Below are positions 21,001 to 34,108 of a stretch of 64,000 nucleotides of DNA, one piece after another. The notes beneath the pieces are model-generated. The model had not been told where the DNA came from. It saw only the letters and a list, made by a program, of their open reading frames with translations, and searched no databases. Source of the DNA: Psilocybe cubensis (taxonomy: Eukaryota); contig CM039002.1 in the NCBI GenBank assembly GCA_017499595.2, positions 1,860,001-1,924,000 of the forward strand, given 5' to 3'. Both the position numbers and the translations under genes were made by a program. Each line of letters begins with the position of its first letter. Positions within the stretch are counted from its first letter, which is position 1.

Positions 21001-22608
21001 AGAGTGCTCCTGAAAATACGATGGTGCCGCCTGCCTGTGCAATTCGGCTGATGGAGACCAGGGTAACCCCCATCTTTGGGGCATAAATGACATCACGGAG
21101 CAACTGCTTTGTTGCAGGCCCGTCACCGTTAGGTATGTCAACATATATATCTCCCTTGCCAGTCGCAAAGAACTGACGCTTATCGGCAGCTGTGATAGGC
21201 TTCGGGTCGGTCTCAACAAATTTAACGAAGCAATGTCGGTGTCCGGACATGTGGCGTGTAGCACCCGAGTCATACAAATCCATATCGACGAGGGTCTGCT
21301 TTTGGGTAAGGGTGGCAGAGGTGAATGTGCTGTGGGCTTCATCTGTAGCAGTGAGGGACAGGACTGCTCAGGAGGTAGGTGCATAAATTTTCTCCCATTC
21401 ATCATCAGAGTCATCGGAGTCTGACACAGATTGCAGACCTGGAATCTCTTCATCATTGTCCTCATCACTGGAGTCACTAACTGACTGGAGGGCTGGCATG
21501 CCATCCAAGTCAGCATCAGAGATGGGATCATACTCGGAGCAGCTGGAAATGAGCTCGAGAATGTTGGCGTCGGAGAGGGAGAATTCGGATGAGGAAGAAC
21601 AGGTGAGTTCCTCAGACAAAGCATCAAATTCATCATCTGACGTGGTCATGGCCATCCAACCTTCCTCGTCCCCATCATCCTTTGCACTAGCCGCTGTCTC
21701 CTTCCCTTTCCCCTTGTCGCCTCCGCCTCCACTGCTCTCCTTGCCCTTTCCCTTGGGCTTTGAGCCACTCAGGCCTTGCCCTGCTCTACCGCCGCCCTCC
21801 GCCCAGCACTCGGACTTGAAGTGCCCACGCTTCTTGCAGTTGTAGCACTCAACATTCTTCTTCCATCCACCCTTCCTCTCACGTGAACCTCCCGCATCTC
21901 CATGAAAGGCCGAGTTTTCTTCTCGTCTGCTGGTACCCTTCTGGCCCAGTGCACGACGGTCATACTCTTCGGTCACCATGTGCATCAACTCGTCAGCGGA
22001 TAAAGTTGTGCCAATGACGCTTGACGTGGCGTTTACGGCTGATATGTAGGGGTCGTAGGAAGGTGGGAGAGATCCATGATGATTGCGTAAAAGTCGTCAT
22101 CCGTTGGCGGCTGTCCCATGGCTGCCAAATCTTCGCGCATCAAGCGCAACTTGTTGAAATGTGCTTGCACATCTCTACGCTCGGGGCAGCGTTCCTGCTG
22201 TAGCTGGCGTCGCAAATCCACGGAGACCATCCGTGATTTGTTCTCGAAGTCTCTTGCGAGAGCATCCCAAATATCGAAGGCAGATCCCTTGCCTTGAATC
22301 TTCATAAAATGTGAGTCCGAAATCGTTGCCGCAATCTGTTGCTTAACGATTGCCTCTCCTTGGTTCCAGGCCTTTAGCTCCTTTCGCCATTCCGCATCAA
22401 GAACTGCCTGCTTGTTAGTGAGCGGCTGATTTGGGACATGAGTGATGGGGTCCGGCGGAGCTACTGCAGTGCCGTCGACGTGCTCGAGTTTGCCGCGCGC
22501 GTCGATAGACCATAAAAAGCGTTGCTTGTAAATGACCCAGTTCTTGCCCGCCTCGTCAAGCTTGGGGATCTTCATGAAGTCATTGCTTAGTTTAAAAATA
22601 GAAGACAT
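18047..22608 (-). pseudogene. Copia gag-pol polyprotein with a frameshift (~22075) and a premature TGA (21368-21370)
   Basis: CYNCKKRGHFKSEC knuckle; protease YDSGATRHM; GAG-pre-integrase LHRRMGHIS; integrase HSDVWG, LHSDRGGEY, NGVAERLN; RT KYKARLVA, LHKALYGLKQ, HVDN (decayed YVDD); RNase H FVDAD, STAEAEY, ADTLTK. Confidence 0.93.
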
Positions 22609-22700
22609 GGTTGACAGTAATAAGTGGAGAGTTTTGCTGAGGGTAAATAGGTCACTGGTTGGTTGAGTAGAATGAATGCTGGATTGATTCAGTGTCTCTT

Positions 22701-22713
22701 GGGGCCCATAACC
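22701..22713 (-). promoter_or_regulatory. Copia primer binding site (internal half of initiator tRNA-Met type)
   Basis: GGTTATGGGCCCC directly after the 5' LTR, resembling the Drosophila copia/Ty5-type PBS. Confidence 0.85.
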
Positions 22714-23005
22714 TAATGGAAAAATAATCTCAGTACGATAGAAACGAACTTATATATTTAGTAGATACTACCTAATGGAAAAGTAATCTACGTTAAGAGT
22801 AAGTAAGATTGAACAGAACACAAGTAAGCTAGCTGGCACACACCTCAGTACGATAGAAACAAACTGAGGTGGTGCCATTTTGTCGAAACGAATATAAGTA
22901 AAATTGTCTTGAATGTAACAAATAACCGAAGATGAATGTAACACAAGTTGTCCATAGTCCAGACCGCCGTCACAAGGACGCGCCGGTCAGTTTGCCAATC
23001 CAACA
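22714..23005 (-). repeat. Copia 5' LTR
   Basis: Direct repeat of 17748-18039, followed by the PBS. Confidence 0.95.
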
Positions 23006-26000
23006 CAAGAGATTCAGCCATAGCATTCAGAGCAAGTTGTGACTGTGATTGGGTTTTAGTGGCAACCAAATTGCAGGTACATATTTCACCCTTTTCATTT
23101 GTTACTGTCAATAATCCAGAAAAGACTTGCTTGCCATTAACATGAATAATGTGTTTTGTTATCTAAAGTCATGTATAATATTAGTATTGAAGACAGAGCA
23201 AATAAAATATATGTACCTTATGGCTATAGTCAAGTACACATATTTTATCAGTAAGCATGCTTGTATGTTGGTTGAAATCATGTTCGTGCTTCTTAATAAA
23301 GTTATTGTACATGTTGCAAAGCCATTTGAAGCTTGGAATGAAGCCATGACAACCATTTGGACTTGTGTCGTGAAATGGTAGAAATGCTTTGTGCCTCTCA
23401 CCCTTTCAGGCTTTTAACAAGTGGCAATGAATATTGAGATGCTTGAGGTATTGGAGATGTAATTGATCATATTTTAACAAGTGTTGAACATAAAGCGCAT
23501 TGGCAAATTGTTTGCTACCAATACCATTTTGGAAAAACAACCTCATCCATTCAAATAGAGTCTTCAATACTGCATTTTGATGGCTTAATTGTGCTGGAAA
23601 CTCAGCTGCAAGAGCAGGCGGAAGAATTTCTAGGATACAAAGATCCCAGCTTCAAAAAGTAATTGTATTTTTGTAAGATTTAGGGTGAATACATGAACTA
23701 CAACAGTAACAATAACCAATTATCCAAAATATTGAGTCTATGTCTATGTATCTTTGGGGGGTCAAAATTTCACTATGACATTGAAGTGGTTTATAGCAAT
23801 TTGGACAAGGAATGCCCGCCAAGCATAATGAATGAGGATCCCAAAGATAAAAGCAAGGGAGATAGAGTTTGCTAGGAGATAGACCACGTTCTTGGAAAGT
23901 AAAGAACACCAATCTTTGTGGAAACCAGAAAGTGCTGTGGTCAGCATATAGTGGAGGAAGATTTTTGGTATCACAGTAATGTGAATTTTCAAGATGCATT
24001 TTGAAAGGCTTAGCTAGCCACGGTGCAAGCAGACAGCATTGCTGGGTTTTTCTTTTGTCTTTTTTAAAATTATTTCCCTTGCCATCACAATTTTGATCAG
24101 CATCTTTTTGTCCGAGTCCATCCCCAATACCATCTACACCTTTATCATCTTCATCCGTAAAATCCACAATCCGGTAAGAGTCTTGATTCGGAATAACTTT
24201 GCTAGCCAATAGTGGAATGTTTTCATCAGTATGTTGAATAGTATGCAATGTATATAAGCTGCTTGATAAGAGCTGAAGAAAGGGCGCAGGTAGAAATAAC
24301 AGGGTAGGCTGTGTTTGTAACGTCGACACAATTAAAGATTGAGATAAGGAGGATGCACAAGGTAGAATGTGCAGTTGACAATAACTCGATCCAGTGGATG
24401 ATGTTTGTGCTGATGCAAAAACAGTAGCCCATGCTCTGGAAGAATTTTTACGGGCTTTAGTGTCCTCCAGTTGTTGAGTTGATAGAGTCTGACATGCACT
24501 GTATAAGCAAGAAGTATATACACGAATGCAGAATTACTCACTTTGGATGTGAACTCTACTGACACAGCAACCTGTGGTACCTTTTGTGGCCTACTGCAAG
24601 GCCTTTTCTCTACAACCTCTCTGGACAGCTACCTCTCCTTTTGTTTATAGCCTGTTCCGGGGGGGGCGACCCAGTTGACAACAAGGGCCATAAACCACGG
24701 CCTTAACAATTTGGACTTGAGCGCTGTTGGACTCATTCCTACTAGAGGGCGCATTTCTGGTTGCACAAGACTCTGTATCCTCAGATAGATTTGAGTCTTA
24801 GTAGATAATTGTTAATGTCAAGTAATAACCAAAATAGAAACCACATATTTAGTACATACCGTTTTTTATGCATATTGTGACATTGTACAAAGAACCACTA
24901 TCAGAGACATGATCATTAAGTAAAAGAAACTGAGAAAGATCAAACAAGACTAAACAGACCTTACTGAACCAGTTTGTATGTCACTCATAATGACATTTTC
25001 CCACTTGGAGTCTAGATCTATCTGAGTTGACTCTCTGACATATTCTGTAGGGTCTCTGAAGGAAATATCTATTGATTAGATAAAAGAAGGCAAGGGGGGT
25101 ATGTATGCGGATTTGTTATACAAGTAGTGACAAGGCAGAGAGTTAAGAGTGAGACACAACTACTGGCGTTCTAACTTTGCATGCGCGGTTTCACTTCCCA
25201 ATGGTCCATGGTCCATACACATGGGATTACATAACATTATTGATTGTTTTTTTTCAAATTCAGAATTGGTATCGCTATCCGACATAGACATGGATAGCAA
25301 GCCATATTATCAATGGGGATGTATTTGGACCTGTTTTATAGGATTGTGATTGTTTTTTAAGGTTTTAACTTTGTCAATGTTATTTGTTTAATATATCAAA
25401 TGTATATACACAATTAAAAGACATAAAACCACTGTGAAACAATAAAAACAACTATTTATTTAGTAGATGGCCAGAACTAGCTCAATTTAGTATCTGGCTG
25501 GCTTAGTAAGTGCACATAACCAGGCATAGAAATTTTGGCCAATACTGGCATGTTAAACAGGACAAAAGCTAGCAGAAAGGCAGGGATAAAAAAAAGACTT
25601 GTTTCTCTTTTTGGTTGAACCTTGTAACCTACACTACTAATCTACATATTGATTTGATTTTTAATTGTTAGGTAAGTATTCATTGACAAGGAAATAAATT
25701 TCTAAAGTGGTTATGTTCTTATGCTCTAACCATTATTATTTACCTAGCCAGAGTGCCAGCATATCAATTCCAGTGCTGGGTACATAGTGCTAATGCTCAC
25801 CAAAAAGTATTCTAACACCATCTGAGAGCAACAACTCAAAGTCTATATAGACTAAAAAGTTACCTCACATGAAACATCTCATTAAAAAGGCAGGACACAA
25901 TAAAATGTACCTGTGGAAAAAATCCCATAGCAACCCACTGATGCTTTATCCACTGCTTTAGGCCCCTTGAATACTCTGCTAGACAATTTATACCTCCCAT

Positions 26001-26538
26001 CTACATTGCCAATGTCAGTCTCCTACCTGGATATTGTTGTCAAACAGGTTGTTGCCTTGAGGCTTTGCTAGACTTGGTTTTGGCAATAGTTGTGATTATT
26101 TAGAGCATTTTCTACAATACTATCACACTCAATAACTAAACAAAGTATGCTGACATGTTATTCCATTTGACTCTGTTTCCTAGAGAGCCTGAACAAGTCA
26201 AACCATGCCCCTTTCATGAAACTGCAAGAGGAACACTAGCCAAATCCTATGCAGATGTCATCAGATCCTCACCTAAGGCCACATTATCATTGCTGAAAAC
26301 ACCTCCAACTGCCGGAGGTCAAAACGTCAAGACCCAGCCCTTTACTACTACTTGCAATACTTGCCACCAGCCTACTACTAATCATTTCATTGCCTTCTAG
26401 AAGGATTTATTAGTTTTCCAAGCTACAGGACTACTATCTGATTTTTTCAACAGCCTCAACAGTGAGCTTACACCAGTATCTTGAAACCTACTGTATCATG
26501 TTCTTGGAGCTAATGTCTCAAAATCTGGAAGGCTCATA

Positions 26539-27705
26539 CACGATGGGCACCTAACTGTCATGTGGCTATCTAACATGTTAGCTAGGTTGTTGCCATAATA
26601 TTGTACTATGTTAATTGTCATGTAATTGTCATGTTAACTGTCATGTTTTTTGAGTCACACTCTTCCTTGTCACTCAAGACCATGGGGTCCAGCAGATACA
26701 TATCCGGTTGACTTGGGGGAAAAATGAAAGGAAATGTAGAGTGTATACATTAACACTACACAACCTGGCCAATATTAAATACTAGGGGCATTGGCTTAAG
26801 AAAACAGTAATTTGTCTAAATTTCATTGATTGATCAAATTGCAATTAAATTTCAAGATTTATTGACAATAAAATTCAGGTGGTGCACATCATGGCGGTAT
26901 TTGAATCCATCAATACCCATGCCGAACGGCCGATCAGTAATCATGCTCGCTGGAATCCCCCTATTCATATCAATTTCAACCAATATGGCGTGTACTCGCG
27001 TATTAGAGAGACAGCATGCACCTAGATATCAGCAAAATAAGGACAAGAATCTCACTTCCGGGGAAAGAATGGCAATTTTCCTCATTAATGATGCAAAAAC
27101 GGTTGATGAGCAAATAGTCGCAATCATATTCTCACATCATGCAAACTAAGATTGGAAATCACATCGATTACAGGCTGAAAGGCTTGCTCTAGATGGGTGT
27201 GATCGTTGACAGAATGCGCACCTTGCCAGGCATTGGGAAACATAGCTGAAAACGCGCGCAAAGAGGAGACACGCTGCAAAATAAAGACGCCTTTTGACGC
27301 GTCAAAGCTTCTTGACCATGCCGTTGCTGCGGTCGGCATGTTGGCTGCTTTCAAGCTCATTCAAACTCAGAAAGGCACACCAACAGTATACACCCATTGG
27401 CTAAACTGTTCCACATGATTTTAAAAATTAAACAACATTGTAAAAAAGAGAATTGAGTAACACCATTGCCCCCAAGTCAACCGGTTATGTAACTGCCAGA
27501 CACCATGTTTGATTGCTAGCTTTAGGAGTTGAAGACTATTCACGGTTCACAGAAACTTACTGGGTCTTGAGTGACAAGGTAGAGTGTGACCCAAAAAACA
27601 TGACAGCTAACATGACAATTACATGACAATTAACATAGTACAATATTATGGCAACAACCTAGCTAACATGTTAGATAGCCACATGACAGTTAGGTGCCCA
27701 TTGTA
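26539..27705. mobile_element. Non-autonomous CACTA/CMC-like DNA transposon, 1167 bp
   Basis: ~143-bp TIRs (26539-26681, 27563-27705) starting CACGATGGGCACC, with repeated TGTCATGT subterminal motifs. 3-bp TSD ATA (26536-26538, 27706-27708). Excision restores the host reading frame. Confidence 0.85.
26681..27507. mobile_element. Inner TIR element nested in the CACTA-like element
   Basis: ~40-bp imperfect TIR CATGGGGTCCAGCAGATACATATCCGGTTGACTTGGGGG vs CCCCCAAGTCAACCGGTTATGTAACTGCCAGACACCATG; no TSD seen. Confidence 0.65.
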
Positions 27706-30066
27706 ATAGTCCATATAGTGAACAACACCATTACTGCTAAACTGAAAGTGCATCCTGGACTAATTCATGAAGCAGTTCTAACTAGCAACTGCTTTCCAGG
27801 TTTTGAGCCAAAGGATCCTCCAGTTGTATATTCAGATACTCTATGGTTTGAGGTGGTAATTCATGACCTCCTAGCCAATTCTCTTCACACTCCTTCAATT
27901 CAGCTATACTACAGAAAAGCATTTGGTCACTACTAGAAAATAAGGCTGGGGTATCAAGGTGGAATGTGCATGGACAGGTAAGGCTACTTTGTTAAGACAA
28001 AGAGGAGTTTGAGAGAAAGAGGCTTTCCATATTGGTCAAGTTTAAAGATCAGCATATTAGTAAACATCTCTGTTACACAGGTATATTTCTTTTTGGTTCT
28101 TGGTATCAGGTCTCCTGGTATTACAATAGAAAAAAAGATCCACCACCTCAACTTTGGCACCTACCACATAGTAAAATGTCAACAGCAAATTCAATACCCA
28201 GAAACCAATCATCTGCAGATCAGATCTTAATATGTATTCAACCAATATGTGATTTTTTGTGTTGAAGCATAGTGCAGTTAATTATGTATTAGATTTGTAT
28301 GCACTTTTGTTATAAAGTCATAAGTTTGACTCTGGGTTGCAACTTTCAAAGGGATTATTTTGTGCCAGCTTTGTTAAGTTATTAGAAATACTATTAATAT
28401 TTTTCAACTTTATGCCAAATACATCTTTAAGTTATATTGCAATAAGTAGTTGTGGTAAACTAAGGCCTAGTAGAAATAGATGTCCTATATAAGAAACATT
28501 TTTAAAAAACAAATAAATTGATTTAAAAAAAGTGAAAAAGAAAACTAAAGCCTTATATATGCCATGCATAAGCATTAGTCCACCTTACAAGTGCAGTTAT
28601 TATCTTTATTTTTGATTATGCTCATACCTGGCATTGTTCAGCTAGTCAATATGCATATGTGCAAGGAAAAAAAGAAGCTAGAGCATAAAACAGAAAAATA
28701 GCAACAAGGAAGAGAAATTAGTTGGCAGTGGTTGAAAAGTAATAAGAAGAAAAATGATATTAGTAAGGCAGATAGTCATATAGTTATCTACAGGAAGGAG
28801 TTTTAAAAAATGATGGGCATCCAGAAATGGATACCAAATTGAGAAATATATTAAAATTCAGTATGAACAAACAAAATGTATTTTATAAACAATAGAAGGC
28901 TAATTTATGGGATAAAGTATTGAGTGATAAGTAATTAGCAACATTTAATATTAAAAGTAACAAAAATGGCGTAAAAAAGTAAAAAATGTATGAAATAATG
29001 TGGACAAAGGTTCAAGCCAAACATGCTAAGAAAAAAGTCAATTGGAGCTGGCTTAACAAGCACTGCAACAAATGGGTGACAACAGGAGTCATAAAGAACA
29101 AATCCTTCCTTTTAGTCAGGACTTGTAAAAAAGCAAAACAAGTAAATAGCTATTCAGACCCAAAGATAAATCAGGTGATATCTAAAAATAGAAGAATTAA
29201 CCAACATTTCATCATTGAATCCACTAATAATTATTGCTCTAAAACTAGTATAGCTCATTGAATTCTGTAAATTTTTTCTAATTTGGGCTCTCTCAAATTT
29301 TACCAATGGATAGAACTACACATTGCACCTTCTATTGTCACATTTCACATTTCCAAGTCTAACTATCAAGTAAAGCTCTTAGCCCGGCATTTAGCAAACT
29401 CCTGTATTTGCTACTGGATCTGACAAAAATGCTTTATGCATTGGATAGCATAGATTATTTGTGTTCCATATGAATATGGCTTTATTTTTCTTGAAAAGCA
29501 TATTCTTACTTCACAGGAACAATCAGACATTGTCTTGATTTATCTAATTTCTGCCCAAGTCCAGCTCCTAATTAATTTACTACTAGACAAGTTGCATAGG
29601 GGGAGTATAGTAGCCAAAGGTCAATTGCACACACAGAACTTGGTATCACATTGTTTTTTGCAAATTACAAAACCTGGTCAAAACCTGGTCGTCGTAAAGA
29701 TGATTTGGTGGCACACTTTCACTGATCGGGTTTGTGATTGCCAATGGAGAAACATCCGATCCCTCCCCCGGGAACCTTACGGCTCATTATCAGGACCAGC
29801 AATATTGCCGTTAGATCATCGATCCTGGATTTGTTGAATTTAAGACGGCACGTTAAAATTGACCGATTAACCAGACTTTTGGCGGTTTTTGCGATGTAAC
29901 ACCTTAACATGCCTTGAGAATCTTTTTAATTCACAAATGACTCCTCAAAGATTAAAAATCTAGGATAATGTATTATTCTAAGATATAAAAAGTTGAAAAC
30001 ATAGACTATGTATGATGCTGATCCGACTAGGAAAATAAAAGAAAGCTTAAGCTCAAATTAAAAAGC

Positions 30067-31961
30067 TTAGGCCTTGTCGGCGAACATCTTTTTGATGGCA
30101 GCGGTGGAGTAGGACTTGGGACGCTCGAGAGCTGTAAGTTGGAGAAAGCAGGTGATTAATCACAAGGAGTCATTAGAAAAAAAGGGGGGGAAGACGTACG
30201 AGCACCGAGAGCACGATCCCAGATTAGCTGAGCAGCAACACCGAAGGCACGGGAGACACCAAAGAGAACAGTGTAGAATTGCATCTGGTCCATTCCGTAG
30301 TGGGTGAGGAGGACACCAGAGTGGGCATCAACATTGGGCCAGGGGTTCTTGGCCTTGCCAGCCTGTGAAGAAACACTTTAAATAAGAGATATCCAAGGCA
30401 CAAGTGACAAGTACAAACCTCGAGGAGAATATCGGGAACGAGGTTGTAGATCTGTCCGACGAGCTTGAAGAGCTTGTCATTGGGCAGGTGCTTGAGGGCA
30501 AACTCGCGCTGGGCGGTGTAGCGGGGGTCAGTCTTCCTGAGCACGGCGTGGCCATATCCGGGAACGACCTGTCCGCCCTTGAGGGTGGACCAGATATATT
30601 CCTTGACGGCTTCGTCAGAGGCATCTTCACCGATCTTATCCTGCATCTTGCGCAACCAGATGAGGACCTCCTGGTTGGCAAGACCGTGAAGGGGACCAGC
30701 GAGACCGTTCAAAGCAGCGGCGTATGCAAGGAAGGGGTCGGAGAGGGCGGAGCCGACGAGCTTGCCAGTGTGAGCAGAAACATTTCCTCCCTCGTGATCA
30801 CTATAAAAAGAATTACTACATGGAGCAATGACGGAGATTAGATTAAAAAAAACTAACCTGTGGATGGTGATGTAAAGGCGGAGGAGCTCAACAAAGGCCT
30901 CGTTGTCGCCAAAGCCAAGGAGGGCGGCAAGGTTGTGGGAGTAGTCCTTGTTGGCATCGATGGCGGGGAGCTTGCCCTGTCCAAAGACATTGCGGTAAAT
31001 TCGGCCAGCGATGTTGGGGAGCTTGGCGATCCTATAAAAAAGCAATGAATGGATGTGCTGGCATGGAGGGTATAAATACGAACAAGTCCATGGAATCCTC
31101 AAAGGTGGGTCCCCAGTACTCCTTTTTGGAAATACCGCTCTGGTAAGCCTTGGCAAAGGCCGAGTTGTGGTTCAACTATAGCAAAGTAAGAAGAGGTCCC
31201 ATGTGGAAAAAGAAGACGACATACAGCGGTGACAGCCAAACTGAACTGACTCATGGGGTGGAGAGTGGGAGGGCATCGGTCGAGGATTTCCTCAACGAAT
31301 TGGGGGATCTCGGAGCGAGCGGCCCAGTCGCGAGAGAGCTCGGCAACCTGCTCAGCGGTGGGGATTTCACCAGTGACCAAAAGCCAAAAGAGACCTTCGG
31401 GAAGAGGCTCTGAACCACCAGGAGCCTTGGGAAGGAGTTCCTGGCACTCTGGGATGGTCTTGCCACGGAAGCGAATACCCTCCTCTGGAGGAGGAGGTTA
31501 GGGATGTCAACGACAACAGAGAAAGAAAAACAACACACCAGCATCGAGAACGGAGCCATCCCAGATGAGAGCGGGAAGACCACGCATGCCGCTATGAAAA
31601 AGACATGAGCGGGAACAAGTGACGTAGCGAGAAAGAGAATATACCCGTAGAGCTGGTCAACGAGGACAGGTCCAAAGGACTTTTTGCCATGCTCGAGACG
31701 AGCGGCCTTGACCTAGACTGGGATGAGCAAAGGTTATAGAACGCGGAAAAGGACTAGACGGACATTCTCGATTTCCTTGGGGATGAGCTCGGCCAAGCGC
31801 TCCTTGAGGGTGACTGGCTTCGCGGAGGAGGAGGAGAAGCGCGCTGCGGGGAAGGCAGAGCGGAGCAGCGAAGGGCGCGTCTGGAAAGAAAGATGAGCTA
31901 TGTTTTTCACGGAAGACAAAAGACTGACTGTTTTGAGGAGGGACCGGGCGGGAGCGGACAT
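30067..31961 (-). CDS. CIT1: Mitochondrial citrate synthase (multi-exon)
   Basis: Presequence-like [77 protein letters not shown]. Confidence 0.97.
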
Positions 31962-32087
31962 ACTGACTGGTGGTTTGGAGGAGAACAGTGCAATATTTCG
32001 AATTTATACCAACTCCGAATTCCTCCACTGCAGGGTCACCTGACCGTTACATAATGTTACTCGTCCTCTGCTCTTTCCTTGACATCA

Positions 32088-32970
<883 letters not shown>

Positions 32971-33037
32971 AAAAATCCACTTGCCTGTAATATACGCATC
33001 CAAAATTGTATTCTTCATGTTCTGAGATGACATTTCA

Positions 33038-33940
33038 TCAATTGAAACCAGTCATTCCATCGTCGTCCACGTCTCCCCCGCGATTAGCGTTGCTACCCAT
33101 GTCTAACGAACTGATCAGCTCCTTTGCCCTCCCCAGCACAGCGCTCTTCATCTCTTCGTGCAGCACCAAGCCCGCCTCCGTCGCCAGCCTAAACACCTCC
33201 TCAAATCTGTCTACATGCAGCCGCGTCTCCATCGTGACCAGCGAAACTTTTTGAGTCTTGGGCATCACCGCGATCGTCACGTTCGGCACATCGTTTTCCT
33301 CGAGGAGTGTCAAGTCGAGCAATGGATGCGTCGAATGTACGCCCCCGCTGACGGCGCATATGAAATCAATCATTGGTACGCCGGCGTTCATCAGCGCAAG
33401 CGTTGTTCCGTTGATACACGCCTGGAGCAGCCCGCCGTCCTGCTGTATCACCTGGATAAATACATCAATCTGAGACCGCGGATATAGCGACGTCTGGATG
33501 GCCGGCTCGAATGTAGATTTTATCGCAGCGGCGTATTCTAATATCCGTCTGTACAAGTCATTTAGTGTGTCTGTCTGTTTAAGAAAAAAAAAGTAAATCC
33601 GTACTTGTCTCCCCGCGACCGTTTTCTGCGATCGCCAGTGCTAAAAGGCGCGATTGAAATTTCAACGTTGATGTTGGCGCGGTCATGTATCGTCTGTGAG
33701 CGCATCTTTGCCTCCCTGGGCCCAAAAACCGATACCTGAACCTGCGTAAGTCCGTGGGTGATCACAGCCGAACCGTCTGCATGACCCTGTTGGGACATAT
33801 CCATCTCGATGGACCTCAACTCAAATTGCCTGCGTCCATCGGAGCGAAAGCCGCCTTCATTCAGGATCTCCACCCTAGAAGCCTACCAAGACCCGATCAG
33901 AAAACAGACGACAAGACGCGAAATGAAGAGACTGCACCAT
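33038..33940 (-). CDS. RRP41: Exosome RNase PH-like subunit Rrp41/Ski6
   Basis: RSDGRRQFELR; ADGSA; VFGPRE; YPRSQIDVFIQVIQQDGG; LDLTLLEE. The ATG at 33940 is inferred as a one-codon first exon. Confidence 0.95.
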
Positions 33941-34108
33941 CGTGGTTGTATGAAAAGGAAAAAGCGTGCGTGACTGTTATCCATGCCTAAAGCGCTAAGC
34001 GCGCGAACTTAAATACAGGGTCGCACCACCGCTGATCATGGACAACCCAAACTCCCTTTTCGCCTCTTTCTCTCCGCAGTCACCACATCCACCACATCCA
34101 CCACAGCA

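Larger units (their letters stand above)
17748..23005 (-). mobile_element. Full-length Ty1/Copia LTR retrotransposon (decayed)
   Basis: 292-bp LTRs at 17748-18039 and 22714-23005 (TG...TA termini, ~8 transitions apart). TSD CAAGA at 17743-17747 and 23006-23010. PBS GGTTATGGGCCCC, PPT TGAGGGGGAG. Domain order gag-PR-IN-RT-RH. Confidence 0.96.
14390..24860 (-). pseudogene. Decayed intron-containing Mutator-like DDE transposase with an embedded DEDDy 3'-5' exonuclease, interrupted by a Copia element and a MITE (ends approximate)
   Basis: In order: AT-hook-like GRPPGTG and RPCSRPQK (~24580-24680); Cys-rich FYLWDP..IPCPNC..FWIIGYCYCC (23650-23860); VLDYSHK|ITKHI (first D, ~23230, intron 23163-23216); TVTNEKGEI; MAESL|ALYG..VFYTDN (second D, ~17705); exonuclease GFKTEWN/IIQIA, KLGQMVASDL, EQIQYAATDGYASL; VLKNVWHVF (DxxH-like, ~16140); YRCACETNTTEGDVH (E, ~15680); C-terminal CRKCG..C..C zinc finger (~14500). 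Many stops and frameshifts. Confidence 0.8.
25900..28130 (+). pseudogene. Decayed LINE (Tad1-like) ORF1/gag remnant, interrupted by a CACTA-like element (ends approximate)
   Basis: Fragments KSYADVI, VLGANVSKSGRLI|VHIV (rejoined across the insertion), WFEVVIHDL and GIFLFGSWYQVSWY resemble basidiomycete LINE ORF1 motifs. No ORF2 is recognisable downstream. Confidence 0.55.

Noticed and set aside
14040-25200. Terminal inverted repeats of the Mutator-like element (GAGTGAC at ~14113 vs GTCACTC at ~24980)
   Set aside because: Match too short and no TSD; the element ends could not be defined
25440-25800. Possible decayed MITE with CCAG/CTGG motifs
   Set aside because: No convincing TIR pair or TSD
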